Shown piece after piece: positions 31,622 to 42,081 of a stretch of 55,990 bases of DNA (position 1 is the stretch's first letter; the number at the start of each line of letters is the position of its first letter). Location: the IMG/VR virus record IMGVR_UViG_3300030329_003406, positions 1-55,990 of that record; one strand, 5' to 3'. This DNA comes from a virus (Duplodnaviria > Caudoviricetes). The notes beneath the pieces were generated by a model. That model made no database searches, was not told where the DNA came from, and saw only the letters and a list, made by a program, of their open reading frames with translations. Position numbers and translations under genes: made by a program.

Positions 31622-33181
31622 TTATACCCAGATAGCGTGACACTCAGGCATACTTAGCTCAAGTCCAGCTTCTGTTAAGATTAAGTCAACTCTACGGTCA
31701 ATACCACTGTTTTCAAGCGTTTGAACGCCTACATAAACAGATGTATCTCTGTTAACACCGTTGCCTACTAGAGGGCGATAATGTGCATACTTCATATTAA
31801 TACCTAGCATTTTAATATTTGTACCATCTAAGTGAATATTACGAGCAACATTCATATCACCATAAGGTGTTGAGAATGTAGTAATATCTACACCTAAGAT
31901 CTTTTTCTTTCCTGTCATAGCAAAGTCAGCTCTAAAGTTAGGAGAAACCTCAAGATTGTTCTTAAAATATCCACCTAATTTATGCATCCAATTATAAACA
32001 GAAGTGCTTACAAAAAATACATTAGCTGTACTATTATTATAACGAGGATCAAGATAATTAGACATGTCATCTAAAAAGTCATCAGCTGTTTTAGTGGCTA
32101 CATCTAATGAGAATTGGTTACCATAGTTAATAATATAATCTACACAACCTTGTGTCGTGTAATAATCATCACTTTGAGAACCAAACAATAATGAGTTTTC
32201 AATATCCCATTTATGCTCAACTAACTTATCTTTCCAAACACGAGCCCACTCATTGGAATCATATTTTAATACTGTAGCTCTGGCTGTATTAGTCATTGCC
32301 ATAGATGTTTTCCATATTTGAGTACGTCCATAGTTTGTTGAGTAAGGTTGATCTTTCCATGTTTCAGGATAACCAGATCCTTCATCGTGAGCAGTTCCAA
32401 CAACATAACATCTTGATGCTTCTAATCCTGCACCTGCACTAGCACCTGCAATAGAAGTCGAAGCTACACTATCGCCAACAGGAGCATTAACTCCTAAAGG
32501 ACCAGCAAAATAATCATCACCAGCATCTTTTGCTTTAACTACTGTACCTTTTAGAATTACAGCCTCACCGTGCGTATGCGCAGTTGGTGTTCCTGTAGAT
32601 TCATCTTGCTCTGTTACTGTAACAACCTTAATTAAAGAATAAGAACCCATAGCTCCAGCTGCACTAGCAGCAAATGGTATCTTAACTAATTGTCCTGGTA
32701 AGAAGAATTTAGGCATAGTTCCATCATGGCCTAATTTTACTTCATTAGCTGTATTACTGTAAATGTTTTGAATGTTGCCAGAATTCTTATAATCACCAGC
32801 CATTTTAACATATACCGTGCTTCCAGCAGTCTCATATGTATCATATTGAGTAGTAGCATTAGTAGATTGATCTTCTACCCATGTAATATTATCATTACTA
32901 AATGCTGTTGGATACGCATAGCGTTTATGCCATGAGTCTCTTTTTTCTGTCCACTTGAATTGTGGATCGTCTGTAGGTTTCTTACCTACCTTACTTACGA
33001 ATCTAAAGAACGGATCTTGTGGGATAGCTAACTCTGATACTCTATCACCAAAATTATACTTTCTACGCAGATCACCAGTACCCCCACCAGGAATACTAGG
33101 ACCAGCACCAGGACCATTACCTGCTACATCCGTTGTACTAAGATTCGATAACTGAGCTAAATCACCATTAAATGAAGACAT
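31622..33181 (-). CDS. Major capsid protein
   Basis: Follows portal and scaffold; QFKWTE, TQIWKT.M.MTNTA and EAGLEL..PECHA are HK97-fold capsid motifs; strong RBS. Confidence 0.85.
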   Translation of the reverse strand: MSSFNGDLAQLSNLSTTDVAGNGPGAGPSIPGGGTGDLRRKYNFGDRVSELAIPQDPFFRFVSKVGKKPTDDPQFKWTEKRDSWHKRYAYPTAFSNDNITWVEDQSTNATTQYDTYETAGSTVYVKMAGDYKNSGNIQNIYSNTANEVKLGHDGTMPKFFLPGQLVKIPFAASAAGAMGSYSLIKVVTVTEQDESTGTPTAHTHGEAVILKGTVVKAKDAGDDYFAGPLGVNAPVGDSVASTSIAGASAGAGLEASRCYVVGTAHDEGSGYPETWKDQPYSTNYGRTQIWKTSMAMTNTARATVLKYDSNEWARVWKDKLVEHKWDIENSLLFGSQSDDYYTTQGCVDYIINYGNQFSLDVATKTADDFLDDMSNYLDPRYNNSTANVFFVSTSVYNWMHKLGGYFKNNLEVSPNFRADFAMTGKKKILGVDITTFSTPYGDMNVARNIHLDGTNIKMLGINMKYAHYRPLVGNGVNRDTSVYVGVQTLENSGIDRRVDLILTEAGLELSMPECHAIWV

Positions 33182-33239
33182 TCAGTTACCTCCTTTTCGT
33201 TTTATGTTAAGCTCGAATAGGAGTTTTTAAATTTTTTAC

Positions 33240-34100
33240 CTACCCGAACAGTTCGTCTATATTGCCATCCGAGCCTAACAATGCATCAAATACATCATCT
33301 TCAAATGAGTTTGATTTATCGTTTTGGCTATTGGCTCCACTCGCACTTGCAGGTATATCTCTGACATTTTTCATTTGGTTTAGCATATCAGCTTTAGTTG
33401 AATTAGCTACATTTTGATTAGCTTGATCTCTATTAACTAGATAATGAACATCATCTAATGTTAATATATGAGATTTAGCTTTATTAACTAATTCTCCAAA
33501 TTGTTCATCTGACATATTATGTTTCTTTTTAAACTCTATCTCTTGTCTCCTTTGAGCAATTTGACGTTGAGTTATTTGCGCTTTTTGCTTCTCTTTTCCA
33601 AGAACGTCATTAACTCGCCCTTGAACCATTGAATCGATATGCGCATTAAACACTTTAGCAGAATCTGAATCTGGATTTTCTATTGCTTCTGTTTGATCAT
33701 ACTCAAAATCCTCAGCTAAACCAAGTCTTTCTTGTACGCTCTTTACAGGAGCTCCACCATTTTCAAAATAGTCACGTACATGCTGCACGAGTCCACTATC
33801 TTCTTTCATTGCATTAAGCACGGGCACAAAAGGTTTTAAATTCTTAAGCTCATCATTCATTGCTTGAGCTCCTTTTTGAGAATCTTTATACCTCTTTTCC
33901 CAATCCACGCTATTATTGGAGCCTTCCGATGCCTTTATGTGGGTTGCCTGTTCGGGGCCACTTTCTATCGGAGGGGTTACCTCTGTGGTTTCGAATGGAT
34001 CTTGTATGCCTCCATTCACGGCATTTTCCATTTCTTCAAAGAAATCACCACCAGAGCTAGATTGATCTAGGTTACCAGCAGTTTGTTCGTTATCAGTCAT
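33240..34100 (-). CDS. Capsid scaffolding protein
   Basis: Acidic N-terminus, WEKRYKDSQ coiled coil, position between portal and MCP. Confidence 0.75.
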   Translation of the reverse strand: MTDNEQTAGNLDQSSSGGDFFEEMENAVNGGIQDPFETTEVTPPIESGPEQATHIKASEGSNNSVDWEKRYKDSQKGAQAMNDELKNLKPFVPVLNAMKEDSGLVQHVRDYFENGGAPVKSVQERLGLAEDFEYDQTEAIENPDSDSAKVFNAHIDSMVQGRVNDVLGKEKQKAQITQRQIAQRRQEIEFKKKHNMSDEQFGELVNKAKSHILTLDDVHYLVNRDQANQNVANSTKADMLNQMKNVRDIPASASGANSQNDKSNSFEDDVFDALLGSDGNIDELFG

Positions 34101-34125
34101 GTTTCTCTCCTTTTATAAGTTTTAT

Positions 34126-34155
34126 AATATAACTATAATTCTATTCTTTTGTCAA
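34126..34155 (-). promoter_or_regulatory. Sigma70-like promoter for scaffold/capsid genes
   Basis: TTGACA-N18-TATATT. Confidence 0.6.
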
Positions 34156-36453
34156 GTTTTCTTTTTGTTGCGCTTTTGCTTCTCTCTCTACTTCATTAAT
34201 CATCATATTAGCTTGAGTATTTTGAGCGGCAACATTATTTTTCATTTGACCTTGTATTACATTCATAGCTGCAGATCCTTTAACAACTTCTGATTCAAGG
34301 TCACCTTTAACTTCTTCTTTCTTTTTATTGATCTCAACAGAAGCTTGCATAACTTTATTTTTAATTCCAGCTTGAACTAACTGTCTTTCTAATGTTTCTA
34401 TAGTGCCTTCTCTGTCTTTTAGCGCATCTTCCATAGATGATACTTGACCTTGTAACTGAGAGTACAAAGATTTCCTTTTTGCAATTTTCTCTTTATTTCT
34501 TATATCAGTTTCTGCTAATAGCGCTATATCATCTATAACCCCAAGTTGCATTAATTGCTTAAGTTCGTCTAAATATGCCCATCTATTTACAGGAAGAGTT
34601 GATCCAGCTATAATTCGAACATCAAACTTTGCAACATTATAATCTTTAAACTTCCCAATTACTTGACCATAGTCATTATACATAGGTACATTAATTTCTA
34701 CTTCCCTCTCTTCTTGTATAGCACTAGGCTGTACAATTCTAAATACTTTATGCGCAGTATAAACAGCTTGAGAAAATTGCATTACCACTTCACCTACTTG
34801 CATTAATGCTGTTTCTATAGAGTTCTTCATCCATTGCTTAACTCTTCTGGTTCCATATTCGTCCATTGCTAACATACCACGATAAGTCTCATGTTGTGAG
34901 CTAACATCTCCTTGCATGGCTCCATATATACCAGCTAAATACTCCATATCACCTTTGCCTTCCTGTACTATACTAAAAAATGCATTGGATAAAGGTGCTG
35001 GTTGTACTGGAGTTGGAGGAGTAGCCCCTGGTCTAATAGGAAGTAATGCCCCAGGAGAACTTGCATATTGTTCCCAATAATCTGTATCAACAGATCCTTC
35101 TTCATGCATCCATCTTAATGAGGATCCCAATGAAGCATTGTGCACCATTATTTGATGAGCTTTATTTAACTCCATTTGCTTTCCTATTAATGGAGATACT
35201 GCTGATATAGGAAATGGTGTACCTGTCCATTTAAAATGAAATGGAACAATAGGATATTCTGTTACTTTATCAGGTAGAACTTTTTCATATAAAGTTTTAT
35301 CTCCAGCAACGCAAGTTAGTTTTACCCTATCTCCATAAAACTTAACGCTATCAACTAAAGATTTCTTAAATTCTTGACTCTTCATCATAATTTTAAATTC
35401 TTTTTCAGTTACAATAACATTCTCTATTTTAGACATTTGAGCCTGTAGTTCACTCATGTATTGCTGTTCAGCAGACTGTAGTTGTTGAACTTGCATTTGT
35501 TGGGCTTTCTCCATTTCCAACTTAAATCTCTCTGGTAACATCTCTCCTTTTTGAACAGCTTCTTGCATAGCAGCCTGTTGTTCAAGTAGTTCAACATCCA
35601 TCTCCTTTTTCATTTCCATCATTTTAACTTTAACTTGCTCTTGTATTTGTACCAACATTTCTTTACTAGGAGGTATTCTATAAAATACATTCATATATGG
35701 AACTTTAATTTTTTCATAAAACTCATATAGCTCTATAACTTCATCATGATCTCCTGAGTCTGGATTTATTGCTTCTGTTTCAGTTACATCTTTATAATGA
35801 AAGTCTTTCTTAAGAGGACCGCCAGACTTCTCTGAATAAAAATCTTCTCTTTGCCTATCTCCAGATATATTCTTTATCTTCCTGGCAAGACTAGGAAACA
35901 TCTTCATTAAATGATGCTTAGGTAATAATTTTCTGATCAATATATATGCAGCGTCTCTAAACATTATATCCCTAGATTTAGGGTCAACAAATACATCGAA
36001 TGGATCTGGTTGTTCTATTTTAACCTCTCCCATTCCATGATCAGCATCCTGATCTACTGTTACTAAAAGATAGCCAATAGATTTAGTAATTGCATCATTA
36101 ACGGCATTTGCATATCTACATTGACCATCTGATTGATGCCATATATAATCTGCTAAATCAGAAAATACTGCAGCTACATCTACATCAGAACCTTCAGCTC
36201 CAACTGCTTGCCATCTTGGACTTTGAGCGGTAGCATAAAAATTCAACATTTCAACAACAGGCATTATTCTATTAATTGTAAAGGTAGGCATACCTTGTGA
36301 TTCTAATGATATTCTCTCTTCTTCCGTTAACTGATTGTCATTAGAAAAGTCATAACCTTTTTGATTGATATATTCCCATTGAGCCCTAGTATGGGTTTTG
36401 GTTTTATTATATATCTCCTTTATTCTATCTGCTTTTTTATCCTTTTTAGGCAT
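34141..36453 (-). CDS. Portal protein (P22-like)
   Basis: PTFTINRIMP, DPFDVFVDP.S and YPIVPF...LIGKQMELNK motifs; C-terminal coiled coil. Confidence 0.85.
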   Translation of the reverse strand: MPKKDKKADRIKEIYNKTKTHTRAQWEYINQKGYDFSNDNQLTEEERISLESQGMPTFTINRIMPVVEMLNFYATAQSPRWQAVGAEGSDVDVAAVFSDLADYIWHQSDGQCRYANAVNDAITKSIGYLLVTVDQDADHGMGEVKIEQPDPFDVFVDPKSRDIMFRDAAYILIRKLLPKHHLMKMFPSLARKIKNISGDRQREDFYSEKSGGPLKKDFHYKDVTETEAINPDSGDHDEVIELYEFYEKIKVPYMNVFYRIPPSKEMLVQIQEQVKVKMMEMKKEMDVELLEQQAAMQEAVQKGEMLPERFKLEMEKAQQMQVQQLQSAEQQYMSELQAQMSKIENVIVTEKEFKIMMKSQEFKKSLVDSVKFYGDRVKLTCVAGDKTLYEKVLPDKVTEYPIVPFHFKWTGTPFPISAVSPLIGKQMELNKAHQIMVHNASLGSSLRWMHEEGSVDTDYWEQYASSPGALLPIRPGATPPTPVQPAPLSNAFFSIVQEGKGDMEYLAGIYGAMQGDVSSQHETYRGMLAMDEYGTRRVKQWMKNSIETALMQVGEVVMQFSQAVYTAHKVFRIVQPSAIQEEREVEINVPMYNDYGQVIGKFKDYNVAKFDVRIIAGSTLPVNRWAYLDELKQLMQLGVIDDIALLAETDIRNKEKIAKRKSLYSQLQGQVSSMEDALKDREGTIETLERQLVQAGIKNKVMQASVEINKKKEEVKGDLESEVVKGSAAMNVIQGQMKNNVAAQNTQANMMINEVEREAKAQQKENLTKE

Positions 36454-36548
36454 TACTCTTCCTCTTCTTCGTTAGTATTAGTAGGATCGTTCTCTCTTTG
36501 AGAAGGAATCTCTACCGTTAAATCTTTCAATGTGAATAAATCTGGCAT
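36453..36548 (-). CDS. Tiny acidic protein (31 aa)
   Basis: TAATG coupling at both ends; MPDLFTLKDLTVEIP...EEEEE. Confidence 0.45.
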   Translation of the reverse strand: MPDLFTLKDLTVEIPSQRENDPTNTNEEEEE

Positions 36549-36925
36549 TATTCTTCTATTATTAAATATTCTACTTCAACATTCTCTGCAGCAGAAGCTA
36601 TAACATATAAAGCTGCAATACTATTTTTAGCTCTTACTAAACATGATTCACCAACTTTTAGTTTCCCACCATAATTAGTATCATTAGTGTATCCCCATTC
36701 TATATAAGTAGATGCTGTAGGTGCACTTAATAATTTTAAATAAAAATATCCTATAGCCCCTATGTCACCATTATCCATTATATCTTCCCTAGAATTAGCT
36801 ACAACTTGAACTCCTTGATGATAAGCATTGCCAGTCACATCTATCGTAAAACTTTCAGACTTACTTGTACTGGCACTATTCTTACTAAATGTTAAACTTA
36901 AACTTCCCTTTAATTCATCTGCCAT
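36548..36925 (-). CDS. Small beta-rich virion protein
   Basis: Loosely similar to the 41552 and 42082 paralogs; AGGAG RBS. Confidence 0.55.
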   Translation of the reverse strand: MADELKGSLSLTFSKNSASTSKSESFTIDVTGNAYHQGVQVVANSREDIMDNGDIGAIGYFYLKLLSAPTASTYIEWGYTNDTNYGGKLKVGESCLVRAKNSIAALYVIASAAENVEVEYLIIEE

Positions 36926-36934
36926 ACTTTACTC

Positions 36935-37615
36935 CTAATATCTTTTTGAGGTATCTGGTATAATACCCATTTCTTTATTTACTTTATCATCAGGATAATC
37001 ATCCATATCTCTCTTAAAAGAAGCCAATCTCTTAGGTACTTCAGAACCTGCTGTTTTATTATGATTCTTTAACCACCATTTAGATAACTCCTTATGATTA
37101 GTGCTAATTCCCTCGAAACTATCATGTTTAGCCATTAATTTATCCGCCATAAATAATATCTTTTGCTGTTTTGCACTTAAATTTGAAAAATCCACATCAA
37201 CCAATGTAGCATCTCTACGTTTAGTATTAGGATTCCTAGGAAAGTATGCCAGCATCCAATCTGGTAAATTAGATGGCTCCACACCACTAGCTAAACTACC
37301 TCCCATATAATGATACAATCTATTCATTGCGGATCTTCCTGCGCCTTGCTTGCCATTATGACTTATTTCATACTGGAATAAACCTCTACCTCGTCCAATA
37401 GCACCGCCACCTAATTCTTGCTTCGAATCTACCTTGCCTTTACTTTCATGATACGCTATCATATCCATAGCCTTTTCAATATCTGACGGAGACACTCCCG
37501 ATCTATGAGATGCTGTACTTAATAATTGGTTGTACAATTGATCAATGTCGCCTCTAAAGATATCCATATCCTTAGTTGCATTATTCATCGCATCAAATGC
37601 TCTATTATTACTCAT
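36935..37615 (-). CDS. Lysozyme-like/lytic transglycosylase, endolysin candidate (start revised to MSNNRAF)
   Basis: IAYHESKG (catalytic Glu-Ser) and GRGLFQYE motifs; ATG lies just after the TerL stop. Confidence 0.6.
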   Translation of the reverse strand: MSNNRAFDAMNNATKDMDIFRGDIDQLYNQLLSTASHRSGVSPSDIEKAMDMIAYHESKGKVDSKQELGGGAIGRGRGLFQYEISHNGKQGAGRSAMNRLYHYMGGSLASGVEPSNLPDWMLAYFPRNPNTKRRDATLVDVDFSNLSAKQQKILFMADKLMAKHDSFEGISTNHKELSKWWLKNHNKTAGSEVPKRLASFKRDMDDYPDDKVNKEMGIIPDTSKRY

Positions 37616-37616
37616 G

Positions 37617-39173
37617 CTATGCTGTAACCCAAGACTTTGCTTGTGGTTTATGTTTATACCAATCTCCGTCTTTTCTCTGTTTAATAGACTTAGGAGGATT
37701 AGCGTACTTGCAAGCATATGCCAGCGCGTCAATCGTATCATCATGTCCCATCCTTGGTCCAAATGTTAATATCTCATGTTGTAAATCGTACATACTTTTT
37801 TTAATATGTACGCTCCCTATTGCAAATCTTTGTGCCATTATCTCTTGAATACGATCTCTTTTAGACATCCTATTACCTGGCTTTTCTGCTGTGTACTTCA
37901 CTGTAAAATCATTCCTCCTACGCATCTCTGCATTTATTGCTTGGAAAACGGGTTTCGACATCGTAGTATCTTCAATAGTATACAAACTAGGTTTGTAGAT
38001 TTCGTTATAATCAAAGATATAATCAACAATACCTTTTTTAGCATCACCTGGAATACCGAGGACAGGAATAGAACGATAGCGCAAATAATCAAGTACGTAA
38101 ACATTATTATCAACATCAACGGCCACAAATAATATAACGCTAAAATCGCTGTCCCTACGAGTAGAGTCCGTAGCAGGGTCAACGCCTGCAAAAACATTGA
38201 CAGGCTTGACATCACCTTCTTTAGTGAAGATAAAAGATACCTCACCTTCTTCATCATATTTAAAATCTCCCTCCCAATACTTTAAGTGATTTCTATTAAA
38301 AATAGAATCTTCCTCATTTTGAACTTCCATCATATACTCTTGATAGAACTTCTGAGGTTGACCACTATCAGCATAAAACTTTTTCTTTCTCTCCATCTCT
38401 TTTTGACCAAACCAACTAGGCCAAAGCGGAGTGCCATCAGGCTGGAGAGCTTTATAAGTTACAACATCCCAACTATATTTATCACCTAGTTTTTTTGATT
38501 TCTGGTATCCATTAAGGATATTGGTAATAAAAGCATCAAAATGAACGGGAGTACCATTAATACGTAACCGACCAGTACCAGGTTCGAGAGCAGGGAATAC
38601 AACAGCCGTAACAAGGTTAGCAATTTTACTTCTAGACTCAGGCGTAACGGTATTATTCTCGTCTTCAAAATCGTCAAGCACGATAAGATCGTACCGTTTA
38701 TGGAGCTTAGCTCCTCCCCTAATGCCTGAGAGATTGGATTTACTAATGAGCTTACAGCCATTTTTAAGTTCGATATCATCTTCTGTCCATTTCTTTCCTT
38801 TAAGATCTCCAAAATAATATGAAAATCTATCATTGTATTCTAAGTGATATTTTATATAATCTAAGTTTGGTATCGATATTTTACTAGATGCAGCTACCCA
38901 TCCATAAAATAATGGACCTTCTGCAAAAACAAAATCATGTAATATTGAGCATTTAGTTAATACCGTCTTTCCGTGGCCACGTGGCAATACAACAGCTAAC
39001 TGTCGTTTATCTAAATCATTTAAGAGGTCTGCAACTTCATAATGAAAAAACGGAGTCTCGCTCCGCATAAAATCGTCTGGTAAAAATAATTTTCCGAAAG
39101 CTATTAAATCATTCTTTGCCATTAATAACTGCTCTTCCATATCGGAAACATTATTTAAAATTATATTAGACAT
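37617..39173 (-). CDS. terL: Terminase large subunit
   Basis: Walker A PRGHGKT, Walker B LIVLDDFED, nuclease GVDPA and HDDTIDALAY. Confidence 0.92.
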   Translation of the reverse strand: MSNIILNNVSDMEEQLLMAKNDLIAFGKLFLPDDFMRSETPFFHYEVADLLNDLDKRQLAVVLPRGHGKTVLTKCSILHDFVFAEGPLFYGWVAASSKISIPNLDYIKYHLEYNDRFSYYFGDLKGKKWTEDDIELKNGCKLISKSNLSGIRGGAKLHKRYDLIVLDDFEDENNTVTPESRSKIANLVTAVVFPALEPGTGRLRINGTPVHFDAFITNILNGYQKSKKLGDKYSWDVVTYKALQPDGTPLWPSWFGQKEMERKKKFYADSGQPQKFYQEYMMEVQNEEDSIFNRNHLKYWEGDFKYDEEGEVSFIFTKEGDVKPVNVFAGVDPATDSTRRDSDFSVILFVAVDVDNNVYVLDYLRYRSIPVLGIPGDAKKGIVDYIFDYNEIYKPSLYTIEDTTMSKPVFQAINAEMRRRNDFTVKYTAEKPGNRMSKRDRIQEIMAQRFAIGSVHIKKSMYDLQHEILTFGPRMGHDDTIDALAYACKYANPPKSIKQRKDGDWYKHKPQAKSWVTA

Positions 39174-39337
39174 TATTTAAACCATTTTTTAATAAATTCT
39201 TTCCCAACATATATAGCTAATATAACAATAAGAATAGAAGCAACATCTACTAGATGATTTCCACTATCACTTTCTAGTGAACCCATTGGTGTATCAACTT
39301 TAAATCTTTTAGGTACTGTAGATTCTAACGGCTCCAT
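39173..39337 (-). CDS. Small membrane protein (54 aa)
   Basis: TAATG coupling at both ends; VASILIVILAIYVG TM segment. Confidence 0.6.
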   Translation of the reverse strand: MEPLESTVPKRFKVDTPMGSLESDSGNHLVDVASILIVILAIYVGKEFIKKWFK

Positions 39338-40152
39338 TACCTACAGTTAGGATCTCCTGGTGGGCAAACAATGCCTTTTCTTCTATAGATAGGTCTAGGA
39401 GATTGCATAGATTCTCCAGTTCCTACTAACGTTGGATCATATGAATCTGAGGGATTAAAAGCTCCGCCAGGTCTAGGTGAATCCATAAAGTCTTCAAAAT
39501 CATAAGATCCAGGAAGACCAGGAGGTCTGAGCATACTAGCTGCACCACCAGATTCTGAAGCTCCTGGTTTTATTTTATCTGGCATGAACTGTTCAAATCC
39601 CTGCCTAGGATCTACATAATCTTCTTGCATATAATCTCCACCCGCTAAGCCTTGACCAGGACCATAAATAGGATCGTCAATTACATAACCTCCGCCAGGT
39701 AATCCAAATATTGGACTCTTGCCTGTTAAGTTGAAACCAGGTGGCATATCTGCTGCAAGATTTTTTCCAAGATTATATGGACCCTCATAGCTTCCACTAC
39801 CCTGTTCCCATAAATCTCCAGCACCTCCAGGTCCGCCACCATACTCAGACATAAAACCTGAACCATAGCCTTCATATCCAGTACCTACTCCAGTCCCAGG
39901 AGGGATATAATCAAAATCACCACCAACCATACCTGCAGCGTATGGAGACATTTCATCTCCTACAGGCCTTCCTAACATGCTATATAAATCTTGTTCTCCT
40001 CTAAGTGGCTTACCAATAAATGGTCTTGATTGGCCAGAAGCGGTTTTTGGCATAGTATATCCTCTAGTTCCACTAAATCTGCCTCTAACTCCTGAACTAC
40101 TTCTAGATCCTCTTCCCCAATTACCTGGTGTAGTATTGAACCCTTGTGCCAT
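39337..40152 (-). CDS. Gly/Pro-rich low-complexity protein
   Basis: Composition; ends CPPGDPNCR. Confidence 0.65.
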   Translation of the reverse strand: MAQGFNTTPGNWGRGSRSSSGVRGRFSGTRGYTMPKTASGQSRPFIGKPLRGEQDLYSMLGRPVGDEMSPYAAGMVGGDFDYIPPGTGVGTGYEGYGSGFMSEYGGGPGGAGDLWEQGSGSYEGPYNLGKNLAADMPPGFNLTGKSPIFGLPGGGYVIDDPIYGPGQGLAGGDYMQEDYVDPRQGFEQFMPDKIKPGASESGGAASMLRPPGLPGSYDFEDFMDSPRPGGAFNPSDSYDPTLVGTGESMQSPRPIYRRKGIVCPPGDPNCR

Positions 40153-40997
40153 TATTTAATTTCCTTTGGTCTTTCTGCCACTTCTAACTCCTTATTCGTA
40201 AATCCTTGAAATAATGCACCTGTTACTTGAGTAACTTTAGTGCTATTCTTATCCTCTAAGTCCATAATATCAGCCAGTTTAAAAAGAGCTTTCAACCTAG
40301 TCTCATCCTTTTCGGATGTAGAGATCACCTCCTTTATAGTTTTAAGTACAAACCGCTCATCAATGTCTAACTCCTCCAAAACTGGCTTAAGTTCTTCTTT
40401 CATAGCTGTTTTTACCCTCTCCGTTCTAACTAATGTCCCAGCCTTCTCAAATGCATACTTCCTATTGTTAGTAGGAAAAGCTTTAAGATATGCTTCTTCT
40501 GGACTAACCTTATTTCCTAATAAAGTTACAAAATATTCTTCACATTTACTAAGATTCTTTTTATCAAAAATTCTATCTTGAACTTTTCGTCCGCCAAATG
40601 AGTAGATGTCTTCTCTCCTACTTGTATCCATCTTAACAGTTTTGACTGCTGGAAAAGTTCCTGTACATGTTCCTATATACTCCCTGACTTTATTCTTTCC
40701 TTTCCTCCTAAGCATTTCACCTCTCCTGAGGACTTGAATGATGCAATCATCATCTGCTCTGACCCAATCACCCACTTGGCCTTCTCGCCAATTAGCCTGA
40801 ACAATCAAGCTGTCTGGTAAGGTATCATCTGGGTCATAAACTTTATGCTCTGCCCGATTTGCTTTATATATCCTCATAACACAATTATGATCTACCCTAC
40901 AGTACGTAGGACAAGGAGTCTTCTCTGGATAATGATCTGGAAGATTGTTGGTCACGAAAGCAAATAACCATGTTAATATCATTTGCTCGATATTCAA
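40152..40997 (-). CDS. Terminase small subunit-like protein (start uncertain; alternative ATG at 40877)
   Basis: C-terminal EEAYLKAFP...YAFEKAGTLVRTERVK and RLKALFKLADI are TerS-like helices; upstream of terL. Confidence 0.55.
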   Translation of the reverse strand: MNIEQMILTWLFAFVTNNLPDHYPEKTPCPTYCRVDHNCVMRIYKANRAEHKVYDPDDTLPDSLIVQANWREGQVGDWVRADDDCIIQVLRRGEMLRRKGKNKVREYIGTCTGTFPAVKTVKMDTSRREDIYSFGGRKVQDRIFDKKNLSKCEEYFVTLLGNKVSPEEAYLKAFPTNNRKYAFEKAGTLVRTERVKTAMKEELKPVLEELDIDERFVLKTIKEVISTSEKDETRLKALFKLADIMDLEDKNSTKVTQVTGALFQGFTNKELEVAERPKEIK

Positions 40998-41158
40998 GTG
41001 CCGTCTCCACTTTCAAAATGTTACACTCCTTCTTTATACTTACTCCTACCAACTTTATAATCTGTTTTTGCCAAATTAGTTTTTTTATGCTTCTTCCCAA
41101 CTGGATGAGGCTTACCTGAATTTGGTCATGTATGATAGCCCTTTTTCATTAATACTTC

Positions 41159-41419
41159 TTATACGCTTTCTTTGGCATCTTCAAGCTTACTTTCTTTTTT
41201 GAGCTTGACTTCTTTGACTTTACCGCTTTCTTTCTTGGCATTATTGCTCCCCTTTATAGGTTTTATTGTTTTAATATAAGACTTTAATTCATTAAACTCT
41301 AAATTGATAGCTGTTAATTCATTGTCTATCTTATTTCTTAGTTGTTTTATTTCATTATCTATTCTATCGATGTTTTGATCCATCTTCTCATTTAATGAAT
41401 AACCATCTAAACTAGGCAT
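41159..41419 (-). CDS. Hypothetical coiled-coil protein
   Basis: ORF with GGAG RBS. Confidence 0.6.
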   Translation of the reverse strand: MPSLDGYSLNEKMDQNIDRIDNEIKQLRNKIDNELTAINLEFNELKSYIKTIKPIKGSNNAKKESGKVKEVKLKKESKLEDAKESV

Positions 41420-41555
41420 TACTCTCTCCTTCTATTATATATGCGTTTATTTTTGCTATTGCTTCTTCAAGTTGGTCTATTTTATACTGCACTTCTACTA
41501 ATGCACTATCTATTTTACCAACTGCATCTACTAACTTTATATCATCAAGCATCAT
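41412..41555 (-). CDS. Small coiled-coil protein (47 aa)
   Basis: ATGA overlap with the upstream stop; MMLDDIKLVDAVGKID... Confidence 0.5.
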   Translation of the reverse strand: MMLDDIKLVDAVGKIDSALVEVQYKIDQLEEAIAKINAYIIEGESNA

Positions 41556-42073
41556 GAACTCGCTACAAAAACTTCTAAATCGACAGCATTACTTGTATGT
41601 TCATTTACAACCCTAATATCAGTAATTGCATCTAATGTTGGAGCGTCAGCGTCAGCATTATCTGCATCAAAGGCAGCATCAAAAGTATTAATTATCATAG
41701 ACTTTCCTTCTTCAAGTAATAACCATGCACCTTCATCATCAGTCCCATCACTATCATCATCTCTAGCTATATTCACTATAAGACCCTCTCCTGCCCCTGT
41801 ATTTAAATTTGTTAATCTGCAATATTTTATATCGCCTACTATAAATTTGCCAGCTTCAACTGCACTTCCAGAATCCCCAGTAGTAGTAATAATAGTGACA
41901 TGATCATCTGAACCTATAGATCCATCATTAACAGGTATCGTCATTATTCTTTTATATATTTGAGATATACTAGATATAGTATCTGTAGTAGTATTCCCTT
42001 GCTGTACTCCATTTAGAGTAATATCTTCTGTAATCTTTACAGTCAAAGTTTTTGCTGTTGCTAAAGTTGCCAT
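41552..42073 (-). CDS. Beta-rich virion protein, tandem paralog
   Basis: LTVKITEDITLNGVQQG, KYCRLTNL and VDLEVFVAS. Confidence 0.65.
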   Translation of the reverse strand: MATLATAKTLTVKITEDITLNGVQQGNTTTDTISSISQIYKRIMTIPVNDGSIGSDDHVTIITTTGDSGSAVEAGKFIVGDIKYCRLTNLNTGAGEGLIVNIARDDDSDGTDDEGAWLLLEEGKSMIINTFDAAFDADNADADAPTLDAITDIRVVNEHTSNAVDLEVFVASS

Positions 42074-42081
42074 CTACCCTC

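Noticed and set aside
37616-37762. N-terminal 49 aa of the 275-aa ORF in the track
   Set aside because: It overlaps the terL 3' end; the ATG at 37615 just after the terL stop is more plausible.
372-40581. Plus-strand ORFs in the late arm (e.g. 4496, 11549, 16197-17591, 22931, 40240)
   Set aside because: Antisense shadows of long minus-strand genes, with no RBS and no motifs.
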